From assembly GCA_964464735.1 (NCBI GenBank), contig CAYXKF010000004.1:3929-67928 (forward strand): a stretch of DNA of 64,000 bases, written 5' to 3'. The position numbers were made by a program, and so were the translations under genes. The DNA comes from an uncultured Candidatus Saccharibacteria bacterium (lineage in GTDB: Bacteria; Patescibacteriota; Minisyncoccia; Phycocordibacterales; UBA1006). Shown here one piece after another: positions 9,046 to 17,891 of this stretch (within the stretch, counting starts at the first letter, position 1; each line of letters opens with the position of its first letter). The notes beneath the pieces are model-generated. The model searched no databases, was not told the origin of the DNA, and was given only the letters and a program-made list of their open reading frames with translations.

Positions 9046-9136
9046 CAGCTTTTTCCAGGGGCTCGCCGCAGAGGCTTGGCCTCGAGGCAAACGATTTTTT
9101 CCAGCAGGAAAATATTCGGCTCCCTGGAAAAGCTCG
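9046..9136. ncRNA. Structured ~90-nt intergenic element (copy A) between dnaK and dnaJ; a second copy is at 25980-26071
   Basis: Outer stem GCTTTTTCCAGGG/CCCTGGAAAAGC. The shared core is GGCTTGGCCTCGAGGC ... CCAGCAGG ... ATATTCGG. An inner hairpin has an AGCA loop. Confidence 0.5.
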
Positions 9137-9147
9137 ACTAAAACTGC

Positions 9148-11031
9148 TTACTTTTGCTCTGAATTATCTTCGCCCTTCACTTCCTCGGGCTGCACTTCTA
9201 CTTCATCGGTCTTAGGCGCCTCGTTGCCGCCGGCTTTTTGCATAGCCTCGCCAATCTTCATCATCGCTTCTGAAACCGTTTTTGTTTTTGCATCCAAATC
9301 AGCTTCGGTTCCGTTGTCTTTAACAGCCTTAAGCGCCGCAATAGAATCTTCAACTTCTTTTTTCAACTCAGGGGCTACTTTATCGCCATAATCTTTTAAA
9401 GATTTTTCGGCAGTAAAGATTGTCATGTCAGCCAAGTTTCGTTTATCAGCAAGTGCTTTTTTAGCAGCATCCTCGCCAGCATGCATTTCGGCATCTTTTT
9501 TCATCTTTTCAATATCGGCATCAGTCAAACCACTTGAAGCCTCAATGCGGATTGACTGCTCTTTGCCGGTTGTTTTTTCTTTTGCCTTTACTTGCAAAAT
9601 ACCGTTTGCATCAATATCAAAGGTTACTTCTACCTGCGGCATACCGCGCTGTGCTGGTGGAATACCGTCAAGAATAAATCGTCCAAGCGACTTATTGTCG
9701 GCAGCCATCGCACGTTCACCCTGAACAATGTGAATTTCTACGCTGGTTTGATTATCAGCTGCGGTTGAAAACACTTGAGACTTTGAAGTTGGGATCGTCG
9801 TATTTTTTTCGATTAGTTTTGTCGCAACTCCGCCCAATGTTTCAATACCCAAAGAAAGCGGAATAACGTCGAGGAGTAGGACGTCTTTGATGTCTCCCTG
9901 CAATACTCCGGCCTGAACCGCCGCACCAAGCGCAACCACTTCGTCGGGATTGATTGATCGGTTTGGATCTTTGCCAAATACTTTCTTTACTTCTTCAACC
10001 ATCATTGGCATGCGGGTCTGTCCACCGACCATAATGATTTCGTTGATATCAGACGCACTGAATCCTGAATCCTTAAGCACCTGCTTGGTAATAGTGATTG
10101 ATTTTTCAACAAATGGACGGGCAAGATTTTCAAGCTGTGCGCGAGTCATCTTAACCAGCAAGTGTTTTGGGCCTGACGCGTCAGACGTAATAAACGGAAT
10201 ATTGATTTCTGTTTCGGTTGCAGTCGAAAGTTCGATCTTTGCCTTTTCGGCAGCTTCGTCCAACCGCTGCAATGCAAGCGTGTCGGTGGTGACATCAATG
10301 CCTGATTCTTTTTTAAATTCACCCGCAACCCACTTAATGATTTCTTGGTCGATGTCGCGTCCGCCCATGTGACTATCACCGCCAGTCGACTTAACATCAA
10401 TAACCGATTCAGATACTTCAAGCACCGATACGTCAAACGTACCACCACCAAAGTCGTACACGACAACTTTTTCGTCCTTCTTGCGGTCAAAGCCGTACGC
10501 AAGCGCGGCCGCAGTCGGTTCGTTGATGATGCGCTTTACATCCAAGCCAGCAATCGCACCTGCATCCTTGGTTGCTTTTCGCTGAGCGTCGTCAAAGTAC
10601 GCAGGCACCGTAATGACTGCTTCGGTAATTTTTTCGCCAAGCTTCGCTTCGACATCGGCCTTAATTTTTTGCAAGATCATTGCCGAAACTTCTTCGGGCC
10701 GCTGAGCCTGTCCGTTTAGGTTTACCGTAACGCCTCCGTCAGCGCCTTTTGAAATTTCGTAAGGGACGATCTTGGTATCTTTTTGCACCACATCGTCGTT
10801 AAAGTTGTGGCCCATGTAGCGCTTGATACCGTAAATAGTGTTTTTAGGGTTTGTTACCGCCTGGCGCTTTGCAAGCAAACCAACCAATCGTTCACCGTTT
10901 TTTGACACGGCAACAATCGAAGGAGTCGTGCGATTTCCTTCGCTGTTTTCAATAATCTTTGGCGCACCGCCTTCGATGATTGCGACTGCGCTGTTTGTAG
11001 TTCCTAAATCGATTCCAATAATTTTGCTCAT
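9148..11031 (-). CDS. dnaK: Molecular chaperone DnaK (Hsp70)
   Basis: [18 protein letters not shown] and the rest of the Hsp70 signature; 627 aa. Confidence 0.95.
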   Translation of the reverse strand: MSKIIGIDLGTTNSAVAIIEGGAPKIIENSEGNRTTPSIVAVSKNGERLVGLLAKRQAVTNPKNTIYGIKRYMGHNFNDDVVQKDTKIVPYEISKGADGGVTVNLNGQAQRPEEVSAMILQKIKADVEAKLGEKITEAVITVPAYFDDAQRKATKDAGAIAGLDVKRIINEPTAAALAYGFDRKKDEKVVVYDFGGGTFDVSVLEVSESVIDVKSTGGDSHMGGRDIDQEIIKWVAGEFKKESGIDVTTDTLALQRLDEAAEKAKIELSTATETEINIPFITSDASGPKHLLVKMTRAQLENLARPFVEKSITITKQVLKDSGFSASDINEIIMVGGQTRMPMMVEEVKKVFGKDPNRSINPDEVVALGAAVQAGVLQGDIKDVLLLDVIPLSLGIETLGGVATKLIEKNTTIPTSKSQVFSTAADNQTSVEIHIVQGERAMAADNKSLGRFILDGIPPAQRGMPQVEVTFDIDANGILQVKAKEKTTGKEQSIRIEASSGLTDADIEKMKKDAEMHAGEDAAKKALADKRNLADMTIFTAEKSLKDYGDKVAPELKKEVEDSIAALKAVKDNGTEADLDAKTKTVSEAMMKIGEAMQKAGGNEAPKTDEVEVQPEEVKGEDNSEQK

Positions 11032-11045
11032 ATGATTTATATTAG

Positions 11046-11402
11046 CTAACTAATAATTTTAAAACCATTTTTATATAATTCTTTTAATTCATTAACATCT
11101 CGTTTTAACAATTCAACAGTCTCCGCCTTTCTTTGATCAACATGCAAGGAATCGTAAAACTCTTGAGCAACCCTAAAACCTGCATTCAATACATCCTCAT
11201 TATTGCGTTCTCTCCATAAAATTCCAACTTTTTTATTATCTCTTCCATATGAAGCTATATTAAAAAAACATTCAGAAATTACCTCTTTGTTGTTAACATT
11301 AATATGATCAAGTGGTCCGACTAATTTTTTAACAGTTGCGCCATCATTACTCAATATATAATTGGCAAATTCTTCTATTTGAGTTATTTGATCATTGTTC
11401 AT
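11046..11402 (-). CDS. Hypothetical 118-aa protein encoded in an AT-rich insert between grpE and dnaK
   Basis: ORF with an ATGA start/stop overlap with grpE (TGA at 11399-11401). Its base composition is visibly more AT-rich than its flanks. Confidence 0.5.
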   Translation of the reverse strand: MNNDQITQIEEFANYILSNDGATVKKLVGPLDHINVNNKEVISECFFNIASYGRDNKKVGILWRERNNEDVLNAGFRVAQEFYDSLHVDQRKAETVELLKRDVNELKELYKNGFKIIS

Positions 11403-11998
11403 AATTCATAAACTTTTACTCGTGCCGGGCGAATGACCTTTTCGCCGTTCTTGTATCCCTTTTGCATTACCTGTGCAATTTTATGATCCTGGGATGCATC
11501 TTCCGTCTTTTCGGTCCCCATCACATCATGCACATTAATATCTACTATGTCGCCAACTTTTGGCGCAATTTCGCTTACTCCGTTATCGGCCAAAACTTTT
11601 AGCAACTGCTGATGAATGTATTCAACTCCCATGCGCCAGTTTTTATCAACCTTTTCCCATGCTTCTTTGTTGTTAAACGCCATGTCGTAGGCATCAAGTA
11701 CCGGAAGCAATTCTTCGACAAACTGGGTTCGTGCGTATTCAAGCGTTTGCCGACGCCGGGCTTCGTCATCTTTTTTGTAGTTGATAAAATCAGCGCGTTC
11801 TTTTTGCAAATTAGCCAGATAATCACTACGTTCTTTTTGCACTTCTTTTAACTGCGCGCGAATATCTTTTAATTTTGCATTGCTTGATTGAGCCACCCCC
11901 TCGTCGTCAGTCATTTCAAACTCGACGTCGTCCGCCATCTCGGGCAGGTCGTGACTATGGCCACAATTGCAATCGTGTTCATGTTCGTCGTGATGCAT
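11399..11998 (-). CDS. grpE: Nucleotide exchange factor GrpE with an N-terminal His/Cys-rich extension (MHHDEHEHDCNCGHSHD)
   Basis: GrpE coiled-coil and C-terminal beta domain (...KGYKNGEKVIRPARVKV); ends in TGA. Confidence 0.85.
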   Translation of the reverse strand: MHHDEHEHDCNCGHSHDLPEMADDVEFEMTDDEGVAQSSNAKLKDIRAQLKEVQKERSDYLANLQKERADFINYKKDDEARRRQTLEYARTQFVEELLPVLDAYDMAFNNKEAWEKVDKNWRMGVEYIHQQLLKVLADNGVSEIAPKVGDIVDINVHDVMGTEKTEDASQDHKIAQVMQKGYKNGEKVIRPARVKVYEL

Positions 11999-12006
11999 AC
12001 AAACAC

Positions 12007-12034
12007 AGTATAATCATCGCAAAAATATTTGCAA
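12007..12034 (-). promoter_or_regulatory. Candidate sigma70-like promoter for grpE (TTGCAA-16-TATACT) ending ~8 nt before the annotated ATG
   Basis: The minus-strand sequence reads TTGCAAATATTTTTGCGATGATTATACTGTGTTTGTATG. Confidence 0.35.
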
Positions 12035-12090
12035 GTATTTCGCGCTCGCAAAAAGGTTGTAATTTTATAAACATGTGCTAAAATATCGCT

Positions 12091-12702
12091 ATGGTTAAAA
12101 AACAACAACCAATCCCTATTAGTTCGGGTAAAAAAACAAGCATCCAAAGCGGTATTTTAAAGGTATTGGGTGCCCAAAAGTACCTTGAACCCGAAGAGGC
12201 TAAAACATTGATTTTAGAGCATTTTAAGCGCTCTGACGGGGCAAAGGCCGCACTGCCCCAGTTTGCCTATAGCGTCCAACGGTCGCTTGATCGGCTTATC
12301 GAGGCTGGCGAAATTGTTACCGTAAAGTCAGGAAGTGTCGGCGCCAAAAAGCACCTTATTACCCTATCTGACAGCGGGCGCCAAAAACTACAGCATCAGT
12401 CGTTTGATCTATCTACCAGCATTGTGCCGACCATGTGGGACGGTAAATGGCGTATTGTCCTTTTAGACTTTCCTGAATACCAAAAGCAAGACCGCGACAC
12501 GATGCGTTACCTATTAAAGAAGGCACGTTTTGTATGCCTTAAAAAATCGGTTTGGGTGTCACCATTTCCATACGAAGAATATCTGCAGTCACTAAAACAA
12601 AACCTTCCATCATCTGATGCGGTTATTTGTATCGTTGCCGAAACCATTGACCCCGAAATCGAAGTAAAATTGCTTGAACATTTTCGGTTGGTACGGCAAT
12701 AA
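12091..12702 (+). CDS. PaaX-like transcriptional regulator (N-terminal winged helix plus C-terminal Cas2/VapD-fold domain)
   Basis: C-terminal WDGKWRIVLLDFPE...RDTMRYLLKKARFVCLKKSVWVSP resembles the PaaX C-domain/Cas2-fold signature. Confidence 0.4.
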   Translation: MVKKQQPIPISSGKKTSIQSGILKVLGAQKYLEPEEAKTLILEHFKRSDGAKAALPQFAYSVQRSLDRLIEAGEIVTVKSGSVGAKKHLITLSDSGRQKLQHQSFDLSTSIVPTMWDGKWRIVLLDFPEYQKQDRDTMRYLLKKARFVCLKKSVWVSPFPYEEYLQSLKQNLPSSDAVICIVAETIDPEIEVKLLEHFRLVRQ

Positions 12703-12769
12703 AAATTACAAACAAAAAACACATCTTTAACCAGATGCGTTTTTGTTTTTATCGGAATGCCCTATTAAT

Positions 12770-13579
12770 CTATATAATTTCTAAAACCTTAAACACAATT
12801 CCCAACACTACCGCAGCAAAGCTTAACTGCAGTGCTAATCGAGCACGATCAAGTTGCTCGTTGCTAAAAAATACCATGCTTGCTGCATATATCCATGTCA
12901 CAATGCATCCTAGGTATCCGATTGCGAAATGTGGTTGAAGAATAAACGTAGTCAGAACTGCTGCCAAAATACCTACAACTATTAATATACCTGAAAAAAT
13001 TCGAACCACCTGAAATGAGACGTTGAACGGAAGCAGGACTGCTAAGCCATATTCGATTTTCTCGATTAGTGCGTAGGATACAAGCAATGATGCAAATGTA
13101 ATTGTGCACAAATATGCCATAACTGAATCGCATGCAATGGCACTAAAAACCAACGGCAGGCCAAAAATAAACAGCTTAAGAATAAAATATGCGACAGCAG
13201 GCATATTTTTACCAGGGAAATCACGATAAAAGATTGCCATCAAAATCGTAACCAATAAAACGCAGACCAAGATGACAAACAAGATACCTTGATATTGAGT
13301 AAGCATGCTTATGGGAAAGAGCCAGCAAGTAAATGCGGCCAGGGCGTACCATAACCATCGATAATTCGCCTTATCTCCTTGCCCATTCATATTCTTGTCA
13401 TCTTTATCGTCAGCATAGAAATACCTTTGACTAACATGGAATGCCAAATAAAGACTTCCGGAAATCAAAAGTATCGTTAAATCAACATTTTTGCCCGATA
13501 AGGCTATTACACATGTAGGTACTGAACTAATCGCAAGCCATTTGAGCTCGCTAAGCAGGAGTCGAATTGATAGATACAT
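12770..13579 (-). CDS. Polytopic membrane protein, unknown function
   Basis: 269 aa, about 8 hydrophobic helices. Confidence 0.55.
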   Translation of the reverse strand: MYLSIRLLLSELKWLAISSVPTCVIALSGKNVDLTILLISGSLYLAFHVSQRYFYADDKDDKNMNGQGDKANYRWLWYALAAFTCWLFPISMLTQYQGILFVILVCVLLVTILMAIFYRDFPGKNMPAVAYFILKLFIFGLPLVFSAIACDSVMAYLCTITFASLLVSYALIEKIEYGLAVLLPFNVSFQVVRIFSGILIVVGILAAVLTTFILQPHFAIGYLGCIVTWIYAASMVFFSNEQLDRARLALQLSFAAVVLGIVFKVLEII

Positions 13580-13825
13580 AAGTTGTGGTTTTCAGTTTTT
13601 AGAAGTTGGTTTTCATCAAAACTCTACCAAGAGAATCACATTTTGGCAAACAAAAAATCCCTTACGGGATATTTTGTGATTTGAGTATAAATTATCGTTT
13701 TGACCAACTATGGGTCGCTTCGCGACCTAAGAACCCACGGTTCTCAGCACTCGCAGACTCACTGCTCTCCTCCACGGGAAAACAAATGTTTTCCCGACCC
13801 CTTTCTTACCTCAGCGGTCAACCAT

Positions 13826-13850
13826 ATAAAAACTCCCCGAAGGGAGTTTT
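13826..13850 (-). terminator. Intrinsic terminator immediately downstream of the rpsI TAG stop
   Basis: The minus-strand RNA is AAAAACUCCCUUCGGGGAGUUUUUAUAU. It is bidirectional. Confidence 0.7.
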
Positions 13851-13852
13851 TA

Positions 13853-14254
13853 CTATCGTTTTGACCACTGAGGTGACTTGCGGGCCTTTAGCAAACCTGG
13901 CTTCTTTCGTTCCTTCTTTCGAGGGTCTCGCTTTAGGTAACCAAGCTTCTTAAGGGTCGGGCGAACTTCGGTATTTTTTTCAACCAACAAGCGGCTGATA
14001 CCATGGCGAATCGCTTCAGCCTGGGCTCGAACTCCACCGCCGTTTACTACGACAGTGATTTAAAATGTCGGAGCGTCCTCAAGCGCGGACAATGGGCTTT
14101 TGATGACATTTTGCAATACCGGAATGGTATATTCTTCAAGCGCCTTGCCGTTGACAGTAATTTTGGTCTTTGATGCAGCAACTGCGCGCACACGTGCAGA
14201 TGCAGTCTTACGGCGTCCGATAGTTTCAGTAAATTTTTGCTTTGCGTCTGACAT
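13853..14254 (-). CDS. rpsI: 30S ribosomal protein S9, full-length reading frame interrupted by one in-frame TAA (14060-14062) at a conserved Tyr position
   Basis: N-half ...[15 protein letters not shown]...[11 protein letters not shown]...EDAPTF, then TAA, then the same frame continues [25 protein letters not shown]...[21 protein letters not shown] to a TAG. Confidence 0.75.
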
Positions 14255-14256
14255 AA

Positions 14257-14598
14257 TTATTCGGTAATGACCAATTTGACTAATAGTTTTTTCTGGTGCT
14301 TGTTTTTTGGAAGCATGTTCTTGACGGTCTTTTTGATCACTTCGCCAATACCCTTGCGCTTAAGCAATGCGCCGCGCTTTTCAGCAATAAGGCCTCCTGG
14401 GTAACCCGAGTAACGCAGGTATTCCTTGTCCATCTTGTCACCATCGATGCGAACTTGCGCAGCGTTGATAACCGTAACCGAACCAGAATCAATAACATTC
14501 TTTTCAAAAGCAGGGTCGTTCTTGCCCATCAAGGCTACTGCGATTTCAGTCGCAAGGCGTCCAAGCTTTTTGTTTTTTGCATCAATGACGTAATCCAT
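14257..14598 (-). CDS. rplM: 50S ribosomal protein L13
   Basis: MDYVIDAKNKKLGRLATEIAVALMGK... L13 signature. Confidence 0.85.
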   Translation of the reverse strand: MDYVIDAKNKKLGRLATEIAVALMGKNDPAFEKNVIDSGSVTVINAAQVRIDGDKMDKEYLRYSGYPGGLIAEKRGALLKRKGIGEVIKKTVKNMLPKNKHQKKLLVKLVITE

Positions 14599-14600
14599 AA

Positions 14601-14957
14601 TTAATCAACAAATTCAATAATCGCGCGTTCTGCTCCGTCGCTTTTTCGTTCAGTCATCTTGATGATGCGGGTGTACCCACCGGCGCGTGACTTACTTTTT
14701 GCAGCACGTTCAAGAACTTCGTTCATGACCGAAGCTGCTCCGCTTCCAAGGACTGATTCGACATAGCGCTTGCCTGCAAGCGTGTTATCTTTTGCCTTGG
14801 TAATCAGCTTTTCAACGTATGGTCGAAGTACCTTTGCGCGGGTTTGCGTAGTCTGGATGCGGCCATGTTCAAATAGTGACACAGCTAAAGTGCGCACTAG
14901 TGCGGTGCGTCCCTTTCGTTCAAGACCTAATTTTTTTACTTTGCTGTGATGGCGCAT
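14601..14957 (-). CDS. rplQ: 50S ribosomal protein L17
   Basis: MRHHSKVKKLGLERKGRTALVRTLAVSLFEHGRIQTT L17 signature. Confidence 0.9.
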   Translation of the reverse strand: MRHHSKVKKLGLERKGRTALVRTLAVSLFEHGRIQTTQTRAKVLRPYVEKLITKAKDNTLAGKRYVESVLGSGAASVMNEVLERAAKSKSRAGGYTRIIKMTERKSDGAERAIIEFVD

Positions 14958-14969
14958 AATGGTGGTAAT

Positions 14970-15980
14970 CTACTCGCTTTTAAGTGTTATGTCAAATGCT
15001 TTTAGGGCATCCTTGATTTCGTTAATACCCTTTTGTCCAAGACCTTCAATCTCAAGCAAATCAGCTTCGGTTTTTCGAACCAAGCCGCCGATGGTGCGAA
15101 TATTTGCCTGATTAAGCACGTTTTGGATGCGGGTTGGAACTTGTAACTTGTCGATGCGGGTCTTTAGTGTGTCATTCATTGACTCTTGGTCAACTTCGTC
15201 TTCGGTGCCTACTGATGCAGTTTCTGCAATGCTTTCAAATGCTGCTTCATCGGCAACAACTGATTCGCGTGCAATGCCGATAGTCTTTGGTTCGATGTAT
15301 AAATCCAAGATAGCTGAGCACTGTTGGATCATAATAGATAGTGATCGTTCGACCGCCTCACGTGCAGTAAGTGATCCGTCAGTTTCAACACTGATGATTA
15401 ATTTGTTGTAATCGGTTCGGTCACCTACACGCATTTTTTCTACTTCGTAGCTTACCTTACGAATTGGGGTAAACGCTGCGTCAACCAAAATAGAGCCGAT
15501 GGCAACTTTTTCTTTGCCACGCATGTCCTTGGTCACAAAACCAATGCCGTTTTCGACGGTGATCTCGACTTGCAAGTCGTCCTTACCGGTTACTTCACAT
15601 AGGTATAATTCTGGGTTCATGACTTCAACCTGTCCGCTTGCTTCGATGTCGGCGGCAGTAACAACCTTAGGGCCTTTTACCTTAAGGGTAAGAATCTGAG
15701 GTTCTTCTGATGTAGATTGAAAACGCACCTTCTTAAGGTTTAAAATAAATGCAATGACGTCTTCGCGAACGCCATTCATCGTTGAAAATTCATGATCAAC
15801 ACCCTGGATGCGCAATGTTGTCATTGCCGAGCCTGGGATTGATGAAAGGATGATTCGGCGCAGCGAGTTACCCAACGTATGTCCGTAACCTGGGTACAGG
15901 CCCTCGATTTCGTAGGTGCCCTTTTTACCCTCTTCGTGAACCACTTTTAACTTTGATGGCAAAAGAATATCGTGTGTCAT
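14970..15980 (-). CDS. rpoA: DNA-directed RNA polymerase alpha subunit
   Basis: 336 aa; N-terminal dimerisation domain and alpha-CTD (IEGLGQKGINEIKDAL). Confidence 0.9.
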   Translation of the reverse strand: MTHDILLPSKLKVVHEEGKKGTYEIEGLYPGYGHTLGNSLRRIILSSIPGSAMTTLRIQGVDHEFSTMNGVREDVIAFILNLKKVRFQSTSEEPQILTLKVKGPKVVTAADIEASGQVEVMNPELYLCEVTGKDDLQVEITVENGIGFVTKDMRGKEKVAIGSILVDAAFTPIRKVSYEVEKMRVGDRTDYNKLIISVETDGSLTAREAVERSLSIMIQQCSAILDLYIEPKTIGIARESVVADEAAFESIAETASVGTEDEVDQESMNDTLKTRIDKLQVPTRIQNVLNQANIRTIGGLVRKTEADLLEIEGLGQKGINEIKDALKAFDITLKSE

Positions 15981-16011
15981 ACGCGTGTGCGATAAAATAA
16001 AACTAATAATA

Positions 16012-16605
16012 TTAACGGCTGTAGAACTCGATCACTGACTGAAAGTCTAGAAACGCATCAGGATTTTTAGGATCCCCCGAAACAGAGATAGTAAGGTCAG
16101 TTGGCTTTACGGTTAGCCACTGTACTGCATTAGTATCGGTAAATTCTTTTTTAAAGTATGTGCTGTTTTTGCTGCCTTCGCGAACGGTTACAACATCTTT
16201 CGCTTGTAATGCATACGAAGGAACGGTCGTGCGGGTTCCGTTTACGGTAAAGTGACCGTGAGATACCAATTGGCGCGCGGCGCGGCGTGTTGGCGCAAGC
16301 TTTGCGCGGTAGACCACGTTGTCGATGCGTGATTCAAGCATTTTAAACAATGCCTCGGCAGGAGAAATGTTTGAGCGCTTTGCAATTGCCTTGTTGACAT
16401 AATTACGAAACTGCTTTTCCGAAACGCCATACGTAAAGCGCACCTTTTGCTTTTCGATCAGCTGCTTTCCGTAATCGCTGGTACGCGAAGGGCGACCGCT
16501 TTTCGTGCGCTTTTTTGAAGCATCAAAACGAGGCGACGCGCATTGGTCGAAAATCGGAGCTCCCAGACGGCGGGCGATTTTGAATTTTTTTAGTTTCATT
16601 GGCAT
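16012..16605 (-). CDS. rpsD: 30S ribosomal protein S4
   Basis: LESRIDNVVYRAKLAPTRRAARQLVSHGHFTVNG S4 domain. Confidence 0.9.
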   Translation of the reverse strand: MPMKLKKFKIARRLGAPIFDQCASPRFDASKKRTKSGRPSRTSDYGKQLIEKQKVRFTYGVSEKQFRNYVNKAIAKRSNISPAEALFKMLESRIDNVVYRAKLAPTRRAARQLVSHGHFTVNGTRTTVPSYALQAKDVVTVREGSKNSTYFKKEFTDTNAVQWLTVKPTDLTISVSGDPKNPDAFLDFQSVIEFYSR

Positions 16606-16640
16606 ACGGATGCAATAACGAAAGGATTAAACAATAATAA

Positions 16641-17075
16641 TTATACGCGACGTGCCTTTTTAGGGCGTGGACCGTTGTGCGGGACCGGAGTCTTATCTTG
16701 AACCGAAAGGATGTCAAAACCTTGTGCGCCCAGTGATCGAATTGCGGCTTCGCGCCCAGCACCAATACCGCGGACAACGACATGGATTTCTTTAATGCCG
16801 ATAAGTGTTGCGCGTTCTGCAACTACTTTTCCTACTTCGGCAGCAGCATACGGGGTTCCTTTTTTGGCACCCTTAAATCCAAGTGATCCTGAAGTAGATG
16901 ATGCAACCACACCGCCGTCGGTATCAGTAAGTGTAACGATGGTGTTGTTAAATGTTGACTGGATGTGGACGATTGCCGTAACCAGCTTACGCTTTGCGGT
17001 GCGCGCCAAAGCTCGGGCCTTAAGGCTCTTGTCGACTTTTTGTCCTTTAGATGTGACGATGCGTTTCTTTCCCAT
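16641..17075 (-). CDS. rpsK: 30S ribosomal protein S11
   Basis: IVHIQSTFNNTIVTLTD...TPYAAAEV S11 signature. Confidence 0.9.
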   Translation of the reverse strand: MGKKRIVTSKGQKVDKSLKARALARTAKRKLVTAIVHIQSTFNNTIVTLTDTDGGVVASSTSGSLGFKGAKKGTPYAAAEVGKVVAERATLIGIKEIHVVVRGIGAGREAAIRSLGAQGFDILSVQDKTPVPHNGPRPKKARRV

Positions 17076-17094
17076 AGTGATGCGTTATAAATTA

Positions 17095-17475
17095 TTATGT
17101 CTTTTCTGCTACACGGCGACCTGAACCCATAGTAACGCGCTTATTGCCGCGAACTGTTCGAGAGTTAGTTTTAGTGCGCTGTCCGCGTACCGGAAGGTGG
17201 CGTGCATGGCGTGAACCGCGGTATGACTGGATATCCTTTAGACGCTTGATGTTTTGGCTGACTTCGCGATTAAGATCTCCTTCAAGAGTAAAGCCTTCGA
17301 TGATCTTACGAACTCGATTTTCTTCGTCTTCGGTTACTGCGGTGATTTTTTTCATCGGATCAACCTTTGCTTCCTGCAAAATAGCGATCGCACGAGAAAG
17401 GCCGATACCGTATACGGCAGTCAAAGCATACATTGCTCGCTTATTATCTGGAATGGTAACACCTAAAACACGCAT
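17095..17475 (-). CDS. rpsM: 30S ribosomal protein S13
   Basis: MRVLGVTIPDNKRAMYALTAVYGIG... S13 signature. Confidence 0.9.
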   Translation of the reverse strand: MRVLGVTIPDNKRAMYALTAVYGIGLSRAIAILQEAKVDPMKKITAVTEDEENRVRKIIEGFTLEGDLNREVSQNIKRLKDIQSYRGSRHARHLPVRGQRTKTNSRTVRGNKRVTMGSGRRVAEKT

Positions 17476-17496
17476 ACGTAGTGATTATGATAACGA

Positions 17497-17619
17497 TTAA
17501 CCCTGGCGCATCTTGCGGCGGGGATTTGTCTTATTAATACGATACAAACGACCATGACGGCGAACCAGCTTGTCGCCGGATGCTAAATCTTTGCTTTTGA
17601 TTGATGATCGGATCTTCAT
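17497..17619 (-). CDS. rpmJ: 50S ribosomal protein L36 (zinc-less variant)
   Basis: MKIRSSIKS...[21 protein letters not shown]; probable start at an internal Met; no Cys ligands. Confidence 0.7.
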   Translation of the reverse strand: MKIRSSIKSKDLASGDKLVRRHGRLYRINKTNPRRKMRQG

Positions 17620-17644
17620 GAAAATAATTGGTTTGCACTTTTGT

Positions 17645-17854
17645 TTATAAACGGCGCACGACACGCCCCTTTCCACCGTATTCGTCAAGCAGTACTTCGA
17701 CCTTATCCCCGATCAATACGCGGATACGGTTGAATTTCATTTTACCGGACAAATAGGCGATCAATACGGTACCATCCTCGAGCTGCACCCGAAACATCGT
17801 GTTCGGAAGCGCCTCTAAAACGACCCCTTGTATTGTTTTTTCCTCGTTATCCAT
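17645..17854 (-). CDS. infA: Translation initiation factor IF-1
   Basis: S1-like fold, 69 aa ([18 protein letters not shown]...[17 protein letters not shown]). Confidence 0.9.
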   Translation of the reverse strand: MDNEEKTIQGVVLEALPNTMFRVQLEDGTVLIAYLSGKMKFNRIRVLIGDKVEVLLDEYGGKGRVVRRL

Positions 17855-17891
17855 GCAATGCGAGACATCCTAGCAAAGGCTTAGGTATTTG

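Noticed and set aside
11999-12090. CIRCE/HrcA operator upstream of grpE
   Set aside because: Only one half-site-like TTAGCAC is present, with no inverted partner GTGCTAA at the right spacing.
13606-13953. 115-aa plus-strand ORF in the rpsI downstream region
   Set aside because: It overlaps the C-terminal half of rpsI on the opposite strand and runs through the hairpin-rich non-coding region. Its translation is low-complexity.
14060-14062. Alternative genetic code (stop-codon reassignment) as the explanation for the in-frame TAA in rpsI
   Set aside because: TAA terminates most well-defined genes here (cysS neighbour corA, dnaK, dnaJ, alaS, several paralogs), TGA terminates grpE and paralogs A and F, and TAG terminates others. 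The organism therefore uses the standard code; a local event or error is more likely.
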